From NCBI RefSeq assembly GCF_001194135.2, contig NC_068991.1, positions 19,367,649 to 19,402,686 on the forward strand: a stretch of DNA of 35,038 bases, in the 5' to 3' direction. The notes under the pieces are model-generated. The model did not search any database. It was not told where the DNA came from and saw only the letters and a program-made list of their open reading frames with translations. This DNA is from Octopus bimaculoides. Its lineage: Eukaryota. Below, one piece after another: positions 13,479 to 26,992 of the stretch. How positions within the stretch are numbered: position 1 is the stretch's first letter; every line of letters starts with the position of its first letter. Both the position numbers and the translations under genes were made by a program.

Positions 13479-14509
13479 TATATATACATTCATATATACA
13501 TAGTTATACTTACATATTCATATATACACGTATATACCCACATACACTTATATATGTATATATAGGCTCAAAATCTACGTGTGTATATAGATATATACAT
13601 ATGAATACACTCACACACACACACACATATATATATATGTACATACACATACATACATACATACATACATACATAGAAACATACATATATGCATGCATAC
13701 ATACATACATACATACATACATACATACATACATACATACATACATACAATCAGCAAGGGAGAGCTAAATAAGCTTAGTATAAAAAATACATAGAAGTGC
13801 TCGAATGGATTAGAACTTAAATTTTGACTTTCTAATCCAGAGTCTCTTTCAGTTGTTCTCAGGGTGCGATTTGAACCAATCTCTCATTTCTTCGGTAAAC
13901 AGAGATGACTTACATTCTTTTTTGTCTACCCTTGCATAAAACGTTTAAGCAAAGAGGTACTTATGTTAGTTACATACCACTGCCACGTTGTCTTTTCTTT
14001 TCGGAAACAACGATAGATTAGCAATCAATGACAATTCTCTTTGGCTAGCAGTACTATTCCAAGAAAACTATTACTTTGGTTGGCGTTGTTAACCAAAAAC
14101 AACTAGAGTCCGTGCTTTTATTGTCTGCTAAATGCGTAAATGAATATTTCCATTTATTTAGGTTGTATTATATTTTCGGCTTGACAACAAAGTATGGATG
14201 GCTACCTGTACATTTAGCTTATCTTATCATGTATCGACTTGTACTCCATATTTTTAAATTCAACTTAAGTTTTCTCGGGAGTGTTTACTGCTTCTCTAGA
14301 ACTGGAAGATATATCAAAATGAATATAAATACTAAAAGAAAAAAATGCTAAATACAGATCTCTTTTGCTTACCTCAGAATGTGGGAGAGATGTCTATGCG
14401 ATCCCAAGACGAATTTTTGTGAAATAAATCAAAAGAGAACAAAGTCTCATTTAGCGAACTTGGTGCGATATAAAAAATGACTGTACAGGCCAAATTGAAT
14501 ACCACCACC

Positions 14510-14555
<46 letters not shown>

Positions 14556-15310
14556 GCAGCAGCAGTATCATTCTTTTCTATAATGATAGTAATAACAAGG
14601 CGATTTTTTTAAATATCAACAATAAACTAAAGTCAATAATAATTACAANNNNNNNNNNNNNNNNNNNNNNNNNNNNNNNNNNNNNNNNNNNNNNNNNNNN
14701 NNNNNNNNNNNNNNNNNNNNNNNNNNNNNNNNNNNNNNNNNNNNNNNNNNNNNNNNNNNNNNNNNNNNNNNNNNNNNNNNNNNNNNNNNNNNNNNNNNNN
14801 NNNNNNNNNNNNNNNNNNNNNNNNNNNNNNNNNNNNNNNNNNNNNNNNNNNNNNNNNNNNNNNNNNNNNNNNNNNNNNNNNNNNNNNNNNNNNNNNNNNN
14901 NNNNNNNNNNNNNNNNNNNNNNNNNNNNNNNNNNNNNNNNNNNNNNNNNNNNNNNNNNNNNNNNNNNNNNNNNNNNNNNNNNNNNNNNNNNNNNNNNNNN
15001 NNNNNNNNNNNNNNNNNNNNNNNNNNNNNNNNNNNNNNNNNNNNNNNNNNNNNNNNNNNNNNNNNNNNNNNNNNNNNNNNNNNNNNNNNNNNNNNNTATA
15101 TATATAGGCATATACTTATCCACATATATATCCATACATACACTCGTACAATACATACATACATGCATACATACATACATACGTATATGTGCGAGTGTGC
15201 ACGCGTGTGTGTGCATGTGCGCGCGCGTGTGTGTGTATGAGTGTGTATGTGTGACTGTGTGCGTGTATGGTAAATTATTATTTTTACGAGATACAGTTTC
15301 TTATTATTTA

Positions 15311-15341
<31 letters not shown>

Positions 15342-15438
15342 CTGCTGCTGCTGCCGCTATTGATGTTCGTCTATTTGCCGTTATTTTTGATGTTGCTTTT
15401 GAATTTTTTTTTACACATTACTTTTTATCACACACACA

Positions 15439-15489
<51 letters not shown>

Positions 15490-15973
15490 NNNNNNNNNNN
15501 NNNNNNNNNNNNNNNNNNNNNNNNNNNNNNNNNNNNNNNNNNNNNNNNNNNNNNNNNNNNNNNNNNNNNNNNNNNNNNNNNNNNNNNNNNNNNNNNNNNN
15601 NNNNNNNNNNNNNNNNNNNNNNNNNNNNNNNNNNNNNNNNNNNNNNNNNNNNNNNNNNNNNNNNNNNNNNNNNNNNNNNNNNNNNNNNNNNNNNNNNNNN
15701 NNNNNNNNNNNNNNNNNNNNNNNNNNNNNNNNNNNNNNNNNNNNNNNNNNNNNNNNNNNNNNNNNNNNNNNNNNNNNNNNNNNNNNNNNNNNNNNNNNNN
15801 NNNNNNNNNNNNNNNNNNNNNNNNNNNNNNNNNNNNNNNNNNNNNNNNNNNNNNNNNNNNNNNNNNNNNNNNNNNNNNNNNNNNNNNNNNNNNNNNNNNN
15901 NNNNNNNNNNNNNNNNNNNNNNNNNNNNNNNNNNNNNNNNNNNNNNNNNNNNNNNNNNNNNNNNNNNNNNNNN

Positions 15974-16030
<57 letters not shown>

Positions 16031-16194
16031 GTATGTATATATATGTATATATATGTATGAATGTATGTATGTATGCCTGTGTGTGCATGCGTGTGTTAAA
16101 CAAACGAAAGCAACAAAGCTATTAATACCATCAACATACTACGAAAATAAAGCAAATAAATAAATAAAAGGATAGAATGAATAAACGGAAAAGA

Positions 16195-16256
16195 AGCGAC
16201 GATGACGATGACGATGACGACGATGACGATGACGATGGTGGTGGTGGTGGTGGTGG

Positions 16257-16302
<46 letters not shown>

Positions 16303-16908
16303 GATGATGATGACGATCATAAGGAGGCGAAAAAAGGAGAGGTGAGGGGAGGAGAACGCCGCCGACGATGACGACGACTATGATGATGGTGATGAAGCAG
16401 AGGAGAAAGAGGAGGAAGAAGAAGAAGAAGAAGAAGAAGAAAAAGAAGAAGAAGAAGAACAACAACAACAAGAGGAAGAAGAAGAAGAAGGAGGAGGAGA
16501 AGAAGAAGAAGCAGAAGAAGAAGAAAGAGAAGAAGAAGAAGAAGAAGAAGAAGGAGAAGAAGTAAAACAACAACAACAACAAGAGGAAGAAGAAGAAGGA
16601 GGAGGAGAATGAGAAGGAGAAAGACAAGAAGAAGAAGAAAAAGAAGGAGGAGGAGGAGGAGGAGGAGAAAAGTAAGAGAAGAAGAAGAAGAAGAAGGAGG
16701 AGGAGAAGAAGAAGAAGAAGAAGAAGAAGAAGAAGAAAGAGAAGAAGAAGAAGAAGAAGAAGAAGAAGAAGAAGAAGAAGAAGGAGAAGAAGAAGAAGCC
16801 AACGAGGAGGAGAAGCAAAGGATGAAAAGGAGGAGGGGGATCATCGCCGCCTCCACCGTCACGATCCTGAGAATGACGACGATGATAATAATAATACAAT
16901 CAATAATA

Positions 16909-16945
<37 letters not shown>

Positions 16946-16950
16946 TAAAT
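16195..16950. repeat. Compound (GAT)/(GGT)/(GAA)/(GGA)/(TAA) array
   Basis: Direct reading. Long homopurine tract. Confidence 0.97.
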
Positions 16951-17190
16951 AAAAGCAGAAACAGCAAATACGAATAAAGAGAGGGAGCGAGAGAGAGAGA
17001 AAGGAGGCGGAGGAGAGGATGGAGGTGTGGGATGAGTGGAATGGTCCGACTAACAATGAATAATTGCCATTATATCTTTATTAATATTCCTTTTATGTAA
17101 TTTATAGATTTCCTTATATCCTTTCTTCTTCTCCTTCCTTTCGCCCCTCCTCTCCCAGCTTTCATCCCTCCTTTATCTTGAACATATTTA

Positions 17191-17230
<40 letters not shown>

Positions 17231-17846
17231 NNNNNNNNNNNNNNNNNNNNNNNNNNNNNNNNNNNNNNNNNNNNNNNNNNNNNNNNNNNNNNNNNNNNNN
17301 NNNNNNNNNNNNNNNNNNNNNNNNNNNNNNNNNNNNNNNNNNNNNNNNNNNNNNNNNNNNNNNNNNNNNNNNNNNNNNNNNNNNNNNNNNNNNNNNNNNN
17401 NNNNNNNNNNNNNNNNNNNNNNNNNNNNNNNNNNNNNNNNNATATATATATATACATATATATATATGTATATATAGATATAGATATACATACGGATGCA
17501 TGCATGTATGTATATATGTATGTATATATGTATGTATGTATGTATGTATGTACGTATGGATGTATATACATCTATAATCGCTGGGGGGGGGGAAGAGTGG
17601 GAATGTAGAATTATATTCTATGTTCTATATTTAACACCCACAATAATGCAAAGCTAAGAAATGTATTGCTCGCGGTAAATATTTCCATACACAAACATAT
17701 ACACATATATATACACACACACGTACATACCCATATACATACATGAATGCAGCTATTTATGTATGTGTGTGCGTGTATAATAATAATATATACGTATGTG
17801 TTTGTGTATAATAATATATATATAGATATACATACATAGATATATG

Positions 17847-17934
<88 letters not shown>

Positions 17935-18091
17935 TTCATACACACTCATTCGCGTCGCCATACTTACTTCCTAGTTCTTTCAATGCAATATTCCGTCATC
18001 TTTTTACACAATAACGGGTTATTTTTTTTTATTTAAGCTCCCATATCTCCTACGCAATTCTTTCTCGCCAGGAACCATTTAGAATAAAACA

Positions 18092-18122
<31 letters not shown>

Positions 18123-18574
18123 GCAACCATCTATATATATGATCTATATATTTCATCTATATCCTTTCACTCTACAACGGTTCGTTTCACCTTTCATCTT
18201 TCTCTGTATCCTCATCTTTTTCTCTTTTCCCCCCTTCTGTCTTTTCTCTTCTCTTCTCCCGAGATGTTTATCTCTTTAGCTCTTTAACGTATTTCTTCCT
18301 AGAAAGACGCCCCTCATTACCCTCCCACCCGAGCCCACCACCGCCTAGCATCCAACAAAATGTCTTTGTTTACTTAAAGACCATAATAAGTACATTTTTT
18401 CCCTTCCAGCAGCCTCTCCTCATCTATCAATATTATATTGATATCTACCAATGAGATGTTGTTGTTGCTGTTATAATTGTTATTCTTGGCATTGTTGTTG
18501 TTGTTCTTGCTGTTAATGTCGACGGCGTTCTTATTCTTCCAGATATCATTAATGTTTCTACTTGTTTGTGCGGA

Positions 18575-18622
<48 letters not shown>

Positions 18623-18635
18623 GATTATTATTATT

Positions 18636-20660
18636 CAGTAGTTTTATTTTTATAACGTGCTTTCTCTTCACTACCGAGCGCAGCTCTGTGTGCCTTGGGT
18701 ATGTGCTGTGGTTTGCTGTGATGCTCTTATGGTTACTGTATTGAAAGTGTTTTGCGTAGGATGTGTGCAGTGCCCAGTAGTGCAATTTTCTGTATGTTAT
18801 ATATATGTGTAAGTCCTGGTGTTTTTGTTATGTATTTGTTTGAATATTTTTTTTATTATACCTAAGGCACCTACTATGATAGGAACTGTTTCTGTTTTTA
18901 GATTCCACATTCGAGTTACCTCTATTTCCAGGTCNNNNNNNNNNNNNNNNNNNNNNNNNNNNNNNNNNNNNNNNNNNNNNNNNNNNNNNNNNNNNNNNNN
19001 NNNNNNNNNNNNNNNNNNNNNNNNNNNNNNNNNNNNNNNNNNNNNNNNNNNNNNNNNNNNNNNNNNNNNNNNNNNNNNNNNNNNNNNNNNNNNNNNNNNN
19101 NNNNNNNNNNNNNNNNNNNNNNNNNNNNNNNNNNNNNNNNNNNNNNNNNNNNNNNNNNNNNNNNNNNNNNNNNNNNNNNNNNNNNNNNNNNNNNNNNNNN
19201 NNNNNNNNNNNNNNNNNNNNNNNNNNNNNNNNNNNNNNNNNNNNNNNNNNNNNNNNNNNNNNNNNNNNNNNNNNNNNNNNNNNNNNNNNNNNNNNNNNNN
19301 NNNNNNNNNNNNNNNNNNNNNNNNNNNNNNNNNNNNNNNNNNNNNNNNNNNNNNNNNNNNNNNNNNNNNNNNNNNNNNNNNNNNNNNNNNNNNNNNNNNN
19401 NNNNNNNNNNNNNNNNNNNNNNNNNNNNNNNNNNNNNNNNNNNNNNNNNNNNNNNNNNNNNNNNNNNNTCCTTCATGATCTCTGATAACTATATCTGGCC
19501 TATTGGCCTTAATTTCTCTATCTGTGTGTTTTGGCATATCCCTGAGTATGGTTGCTTCCTCGTTTTCTGTGACCTTTTCTGGCGTGTGCCTATACCATCT
19601 TTTTTTCTGTTGTTATTCCATAATGTTGGCATAGCTTCCAGTGTATATAGGTCCCAGCTCTGTCGTGTCTGTGAATATATTCCTTCTTAGCCAGGACTGG
19701 GCAGCGAGAGATAATATGATTTATTATTTCTTGTCCATCTCCACACATTCTACAGTTACTTGTTATGTTTCTTTTCACTATATGTTTTTGGTAATTTCTG
19801 GTGGGGAGGCTTTGGTCTTGTGCAGCAATTAAAAATCCTTCAGCTTCCTTAAATACTGAAGACAGTTCTTTGTTTTGCTCGTGTTTTGTGGCTATTTGTG
19901 TTAGTTTTCCTTGCTTCTGAAGTAGGTATTTTTGCAGTCCTATGGTGGTTATTTTATAATAGTTTTCCAGCTGTATAAGGCCACTCCCACCTTCTGTGCG
20001 TTGTATATATAGCCTTTCTATGTTAAATTTTGTGTGGTACACCCTAGATCCTGTCATTATTTTTCTTGTTTTCCTGTCTATTTTCGTTGGTTCGTGCAGT
20101 GTCCAGTTAAGGATATTGTAGCTGTAACTTATAACTGGGGCGGCTAAAGTGTTAATACCTATTATCTTGTTTTTAGCATTGAGCTCTATTTTTAGTATTG
20201 ATCTAACTCGTCTATAATATTTTTTCTTTATCTGGTATTATTCCTCCATTAAGGCAATCTTGAAGTTGTTCCCTCAGCCTCCCATGTAAACTACTAAATT
20301 TCTTTAGCCAGTACTCTTGAACTAAATCTGGTCGTGGTCCCTTGGAATTCGGAATTTTTCCTAACACTTTACGCATTAATGCACTAGTTAATCTTAGATC
20401 TTAGAGCTGCTTCTCATTCACTACTTCTTCCCTCACTTTCTTTAACCATACTACATCTCCATTATGATTGACTGGTTTATCCCAAATATTACTCCAGAAC
20501 CTTCTAGCTTCCTCTGCATTAAGTTTCTCATCTTCAGTACTTCATTCTCCACTATTTATTTGATTATAAAATCTCCTCTGTTCTGTCTCAAATAATCTAT
20601 TCTGTTGATAGTGATCTATTCTTCTCTGATATCTGGAGAGCTTGTCTGCTATTGCTGTGA
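18636..20660 (-). mobile_element. Dong/R4-clade non-LTR retrotransposon (RLE-type), 5'-truncated, RT core deleted, 3' end on (TAA)n
   Basis: Minus-strand translation gives QQNRLFETEQRRFYNQ...FWSNIW...KGPRPDLVQEYWLKKFSSLHGRL, then an abrupt jump at about 20235 to the thumb region YYRRVRSILKIELNAKNKIIGINT...ERLYIQRTEGGSGLIQLE. Then EGFLIAAQDQ, the CCHC knuckle CRMC...HIISRC, RHD, the RLE motif NRPDIVIRD, DLEIEVTRMW...VPIIVGALG and GTAHIL. The 3'UTR is followed by TAA repeats (18575-18635). Multiple stops and frameshifts. Confidence 0.95.
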
Positions 20661-20782
20661 TATAGAGAAATATCAGAACAAACATCATAAGATATTTTCT
20701 TCCAACGCTCTAATTTGCCAGTTATCAGTAAGCAATACTTCAACAACTATATAATTGCTGTACCTTCATATACTCACGCGAT

Positions 20783-21094
<312 letters not shown>

Positions 21095-21099
21095 GATAC

Positions 21100-21560
21100 G
21101 GCAGCTGTGGATTCGATTTCGATGACAACCACTTCAATTGCTCCTGCATGCATTTATGCTGCGTGCATTATCCACCATTTGTGACAGTCGGTTGTCTACT
21201 CTGTACTCAGTTTTGTTTAAATTTGCACAGAATTTTGATCTAGGACTTATCAAAAGCAGCTCTGTTCTTATGTATTTGTTCAAAATTGATTTTCAATCAA
21301 GCAGCAGATGGTCGCAATATTCGATGCATGGGAGAGCTATGCTCCGGTGATCGCAGTATGTTTGTATGCGACATGCGATCTTCCATCAGTGGCAATAAAT
21401 GCTTCGAAAATGTAATGCCACCATATTGTAGGTGACAACATCTCTGGAAACTCTACCATTCCAGAAAACTCAGCAGCCTGCAATTTTTAAGCCATTACAT
21501 TTTTAAGCCATTACATTCCACTATTGAATAAGCAATTTTTATGAAACTGCAAACTGCACA
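21100..21560 (-). pseudogene. Degraded CR1/L2-like LINE 3' coding remnant
   Basis: Minus strand gives RSIALPCIEYCD (about YxSLVRPxLEYC) and RSKFCAN...NRLSQMVDNARSINAC (about RxxFFSxRVVNxWNxLPxxVVxAxSxNxFK). Similarity is weak. Confidence 0.4.
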
Positions 21561-23422
21561 GACTGTTCTTCTTGGTTACAGATGACAGTTCAATTTTATT
21601 CAGGACAAGATGTTTACAATTGACATTGGTCATTTTCATTGATTTAAGGTTATCTCTGTTTGGTTTCTGTTGAAAATACTTATCGAGAACTAAAGCGAAC
21701 CCTTTTGGAAATAATCATCTGGAGAAGTGTTTCTCAATGTTTTTTTTTTTTTTTTACTTATGGATTCTCCTCGATTCCTATTTTACTCGAGTGCACAGTC
21801 ACAGCCAATCGATGATAAAAAAAAATCCTATCATATTTTTATAATTAAATGCTATTTGGAATTGTATAAAAAAATATTTGTTGAAATATTTTGTACATAG
21901 TAGAAATGTAACCAATCTATTGCGGATAGATTTTAACAACAAAATCTTATATAAAACACAAAGGGCCATATGGACTTCATTTTAGAACCTCTGATCTAGA
22001 GGGATACCCTGTCTGAAGCATATACAACAGAGTTTCAATATTGTGGCGATATTTATCGATAATTTCACCACTATCAATACAATCTCCTCAAACTTTAACA
22101 TATGTAAACTTGTATATATGTATGTATGTATGAAAAAAAAGGCACCTGCCCCAAAAGTCAGGGTACCCATGGTTTTTATGGGGTTTTATGGGGGTTTTCC
22201 ATGAGCATCTCCCTATTGAGCATTACATATTGTTGATTTAAAAAAAAAATTGTTAGTCTTGTTTACACGTAAAACCTTCACATCAATAACACACACACAC
22301 ACACACACACAAACACACACGTACACATACACAAGCACACACACACATATACACATACATTCTTTGTTTTGTCATGTACTGTACATAATGTGTTATCTTA
22401 ATGTAAACCCTTGTGGTTAAATGACAACAACAACAACAACAACAACAATAATAATAATAATAAGCGGCACAAGATCAGAGTCACCTCACCCGGAACGATC
22501 AATTTAATGACACACACACAATGAAGTAGACACAAAATTTAGACTCTGCAATGACAAACCTACGTACGTACATACATACATACATACATACATACGTACA
22601 TACGTACATATACACACTGTAGAGGCGCGTTCTTGTGTTAACAACATCTGCATGGCTTCTGAGATTGAAGAGTGGACTTTAAAGATATCGATTATTGTTT
22701 CCTGATATTGGACCTTTATTCAAACAATGGTACTCTACGTGGTCACACTATCTGTAAGACAGAGAGAATAATTTTCTCTCGTTGTTTTTTTTTGTTTTTT
22801 TTTTTTCAACATGGAAGATCACTTTGGATAACCCAGTCTAAAATACCACTGAGTCTGAAAAAGTGACAGAATAGCCGTGGTTAGAACACCTTTCATCGTG
22901 TATCTGCTTGATAGCGAATAAACTAGTTTCAAACTACAGCAATAACAGTAATGAAATGATAAGAAAGACTGAGTAACTACCCACACACATGCACATAGGT
23001 ATGTATATATATGTATATATATGCATATATATACATATATATATATATACATATATATATATCCATACATACGTGTGTATACATACATATNNNNNNNNNN
23101 NNNNNNNNNNNNNNNNNNNNNNNNNNNNNNNNNNNNNNNNNNNNNNNNNNNNNNNNNNNNNNNNNNNNNNNNNNNNNNNNNNNNNNNNNNNNNNNNNNNN
23201 NNNNNNNNNNNNNNNNNNNNNNNNNNNNNNNNNNNNNNNNNNNNNNNNNNNNNNNNNAGAGAGAGAGAGAGAAAGAACGATTCAAATAAACAGATAAAAC
23301 CTTGTGTTTTAATATACAAAATGTATATACAAGTATACATGTAAAGAAAGCTGGCACGCTTAGAATTTTCAGATGATAGCCATATATAAGTATATATACA
23401 TATATTTACATAGCAAACTTAC

Positions 23423-23668
23423 TCAGATTACATAGAATCAAAGAATTGGAGAGAAGAAGGCATGTTATCCTAGGAGAGGTGAAGCGCCAGTACAACTTCG
23501 CACCAGTGCTGTCACAGAAGTTGCTAGAACAATGGTGAAAGCAATAGCGAACGACTTTCAGGCTTTCAGTTCCGAATTTTATGTCAAGGTTTTCAACCGA
23601 AACTTTTTCATGACAGCGTTGAATGCATTTCTAGCTTCTTGACTATCATCAATACCGCCATGCGGCGC
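23423..23668 (-). other. Candidate 246-nt exon with strong splice signals (terminal-coding or non-coding)
   Basis: TACTAAC branch point, then AGTTATTTTCAG|GCGCCGCAT..., ending ...TCTGA|GTAAGT. The best frame reads APHGGIDDSQEARNAFNAVMKKFRLKTLT*. All three frames contain stops. Confidence 0.3.
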
Positions 23669-24283
23669 CTGAAAATAACTGTTAGTATTTTTTACCGACT
23701 ATCGTTAAAAGCGAGAATTCTTCTCACTGTCAAACGACAGTGAATACGCCTTTTCTACAAATCGAAACATGTCCGAAGCATTTTTGAACTGAACTAAATG
23801 TTTATTTTCTCGCAACTCTGCTTCCACGTACCTACTACAATATTTGTACCTACACATACACGCGTACACGCACACACACAGGCGCACGCGCACACACACG
23901 CATACATGCGTACATACATATACCCATACATGTGAGTAAACAAGCGAATGAAAGTAACACTCATCTCATTTACATGTATTTTATGACAGTCTGACTTAGC
24001 TGAACATTACTTAAAGTTTCGTGGGAGATATTGAACCATACACATCTAAAATGCTTATAGTTAAATAGAAAAGTATCCTGGAAGCAATATAATCTCTCTA
24101 TATACAGATATTGAAATATCCGTTCGTTATCTGTACATATGGAATATATTGTTCCCAGTATAAATAGTTGTCCAACTATTAACATATTTGAATTAGCTCT
24201 ATCTGAATATATCGAGCACTATCTTGGCATACATTTCTATTTTGGATCAAAAAGACATAGCATTGTATATATTACAATATTAA

Positions 24284-24343
<60 letters not shown>

Positions 24344-25331
24344 NNNNNNNNNNNNNNNNNNNNNNNNNNNNNNNNNNNNNNNNNNNNNNNNNNNNNNNNN
24401 NNNNNNNNNNNNNNNNNNNNNNNNNNNNNNNNNNNNNNNNNNNNNNNNNNNNNNNNNNNNNNNNNNNNNNNNNNNNNNNNNNNNNNNNNNNNNNNNNNNN
24501 NNNNNNNNNNNNNNNNNNNNNNNNNNNNNNNNNNNNNNNNNNNNNNNNNNNNNNNNNNNNNNNNNNNNNNNNNNNNNNNNNNNNNNNNNNNNNNNNNNNN
24601 NNNNNNNNNNNNNNNNNNNNNNNNNNNNNNNNNNNNNNNNNNNNNNNNNNNNNNNNNNNNNNNNNNNNNNNNNNNNNNNNNNNNNNNNNNNNNNNNNNNN
24701 NNNNNNNNNNNNNNNNNNNNNNNNNNNNNNNNNNNNNNNNNNNNNNNNNNNNNNNNNNNNNNNNNNNNNNNNNNNNNNNNNNNNNNNNNNNNNNNNNNNN
24801 NNNNNNNNNNNNNNNNNNNNNNNNNNNNNNNNNNNNNNNNNNNNNNNNNNNNNNNNNNNNNNNNNNNNNNNNNNNNNNNNNNNNNNNNNNNNNNNNNNNN
24901 NNNNNNNNNNNNNNNNNNNNNNNNNNNNNNNNNNNNNNNNNNNNNNNNNNNNNNNNNNNNNNNNNNNNNNNNNNNNNNNNNNNNNNNNNNNNNNNNNNNN
25001 NNNNNNNNNNNNNNNNNNNNNNNNNNNNNNNNNNNNNNNNNNNNNNNNNNNNNNNNNNNNNNNNNNNNNNNNNATATAAGTATATGTATGTACGCACACA
25101 TACACATATAAACATTTATGTTCTATATATATTTACATATTATACGTATATGTGCATATAATGTTATACATGTGCATATGCACATATATATATATATATA
25201 TGTAAATGTGTGCATAAATATGTATGCATTTGTGTATGTATGCATTCAAAAAAGATTACAAACATAGAATTCTCTTCATTTACGCAAACACATTTACTTC
25301 CATGCGCACATACAAAACGCCACTCACACAC

Positions 25332-25370
<39 letters not shown>

Positions 25371-26728
25371 TACATATAGACACACACTCTTACGTAGACA
25401 TACAACCGCGTTTCTTTCATATCAAAAGACAGCTTTTGTCAAACAGTCAAACAGTTATACAGTCAAACAGTCCAACAGTTGAAACAAGCTAGCTAGACTG
25501 AGGCCAGAACAAAGAACACAACTTTCAACTGTTATTCGAAGTAGCTAGCCACGTTGCTTGAAAGATCAAGGAAATAAATTTATCATCTTCTCTTGGGATA
25601 GCCGTCAAATTGCGTTAGAGATAATAAGACCAGCGGAACGTATACCATGTTGAATGTCTGGCGTTGCAAGTTTGATTCTTTTTTCTTTTTTTTACCCTTT
25701 TTCTAACAAGGCTTTCTAAATGAAATTACCAATATTTCTTCATTTTCTTTCTTCTTTTTCATCGTCCACTTTGAGATATCTTTATTTTGTAGCATTTTAT
25801 TTTATTTTATTTTATTTTATTTTATTTCATTAATATTTTTGCTGCTGTTGGTGGTGTTTTATTGTTAGTTATTCCCCCTTTTTCTACACCATCTTCTCGG
25901 TCGTCTGCTTCTTCTATGTGTTCGCCATTTTGTATAAATTTTGTTTGTTTGACGTCGTTATATTTGTCTGTTTTCCTTCTTATTATTCTACATGGTTTTT
26001 TTCTTTTATCCTTTTTCATTTTTAGTTTTAAATGGTAGCATAATGGTGCAGACAGAGAATACCAAATACAGATTCGTCGGCTTTAACAAGTATTGATTTC
26101 TAATCATCTCTGTTTTGTTTCGCTTTCTTCTTCTTCTCTTCTATTCGCTTCATCTTCTCGTCTTTTCTTTCATTTTCTTCTTTATCTTCTCCTCTATTTT
26201 CTTTCCTGTTCTGCTCTTGTTCAATTCTGTTTCGTTCTATTTCATACGATTTCATTCTATTTCATTCTGTATGCTTATTTTATCATCTCCAATGCCGCCA
26301 TCATTATCACAGCAATCATTCATCCCCTCCAAATCTTCCTTTCCCCTTTTTCCTCCGCCTCCTCTTCCTATTCCTCAACAGCAGCAGCACCACCACCACC
26401 AACAACACCACCACCACCATCACCACCACTGACTCCTCCTCCTCCTACTCCTACTCATGATGATGATGATCATGATGATGATAATCATCATCATCATATT
26501 CATCACCTACAACAAATTTTGTATCATAACTATCATATGTTACACATGTTAACCAATGTATTGCGATAATAACGTTCATTTATGATGATGATGATGATGA
26601 TGATGACGGCGACGACGACGACAACGATGAATGATAATGATGATGATGTAGAGAAGAACTACGAGCAAGAAGATCCTCCTTTACCTCTTCCTCATCATAG
26701 AAACGATTGTCATCCCTGTCATTTAAAG

Positions 26729-26778
<50 letters not shown>

Positions 26779-26779
<1 letters not shown>

Positions 26780-26843
26780 TTCAATTTGTTTTGCATAGGG
26801 TCAGCAATTTAGCACAGGCTAAGTCAATTACATCGACTCCAGT
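26779..26843 (-). mobile_element. SINE family A, 3' portion of a copy split by the composite insertion
   Basis: TTTCAATTTG...GTCAATTACATCGACTCCAGT is colinear with the start of 28138-28352 and resumes at 27989. Confidence 0.7.
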
Positions 26844-26991
26844 ACATTATTTACATTATTTACATTTGACCGATATTTATCCTCATCTTGTTTGTTGTTA
26901 ACACAACGTTTCGGCTGATATACCCTCCAGCCTTCATCAGGTGTCTTGGGGAAATTTCGAAGCTGGGTTCTCATTCCTAAGGTATTTTTCG
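26844..26991 (-). mobile_element. Penelope-like pseudo-LTR/terminal repeat, inverted copy, carrying a hammerhead motif
   Basis: Reverse complement of 27819-27962, with about 10 substitutions and one 2-nt indel. Contains CTGATGA...GAAAC. Confidence 0.8.
26900..26945 (-). ncRNA. Minimal type I hammerhead ribozyme (intact core, palindromic helix III)
   Basis: RNA sequence GACAC-CUGAUGA-A-GGCUG-gaggguauau-CAGCC-GAA-ACGU-U-GUGUU. Helix I is GACAC/GUGUU, helix II is GGCUG/CAGCC, helix III is self-complementary ACGU, and the predicted cleavage is after GUU (26905). Confidence 0.8.
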
Positions 26992-26992
26992 G

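Noticed and set aside
14366-14485. Strong minus-strand donor GAG|GTAAGC at about 14372
   Set aside because: No convincing acceptor gives an open exon. Only a weakly supported 21-nt option exists.
25822-26019. 65-aa charged ORF (MKKDKRKK...)
   Set aside because: It derives from T-rich low-complexity sequence, with no homology or splice support.
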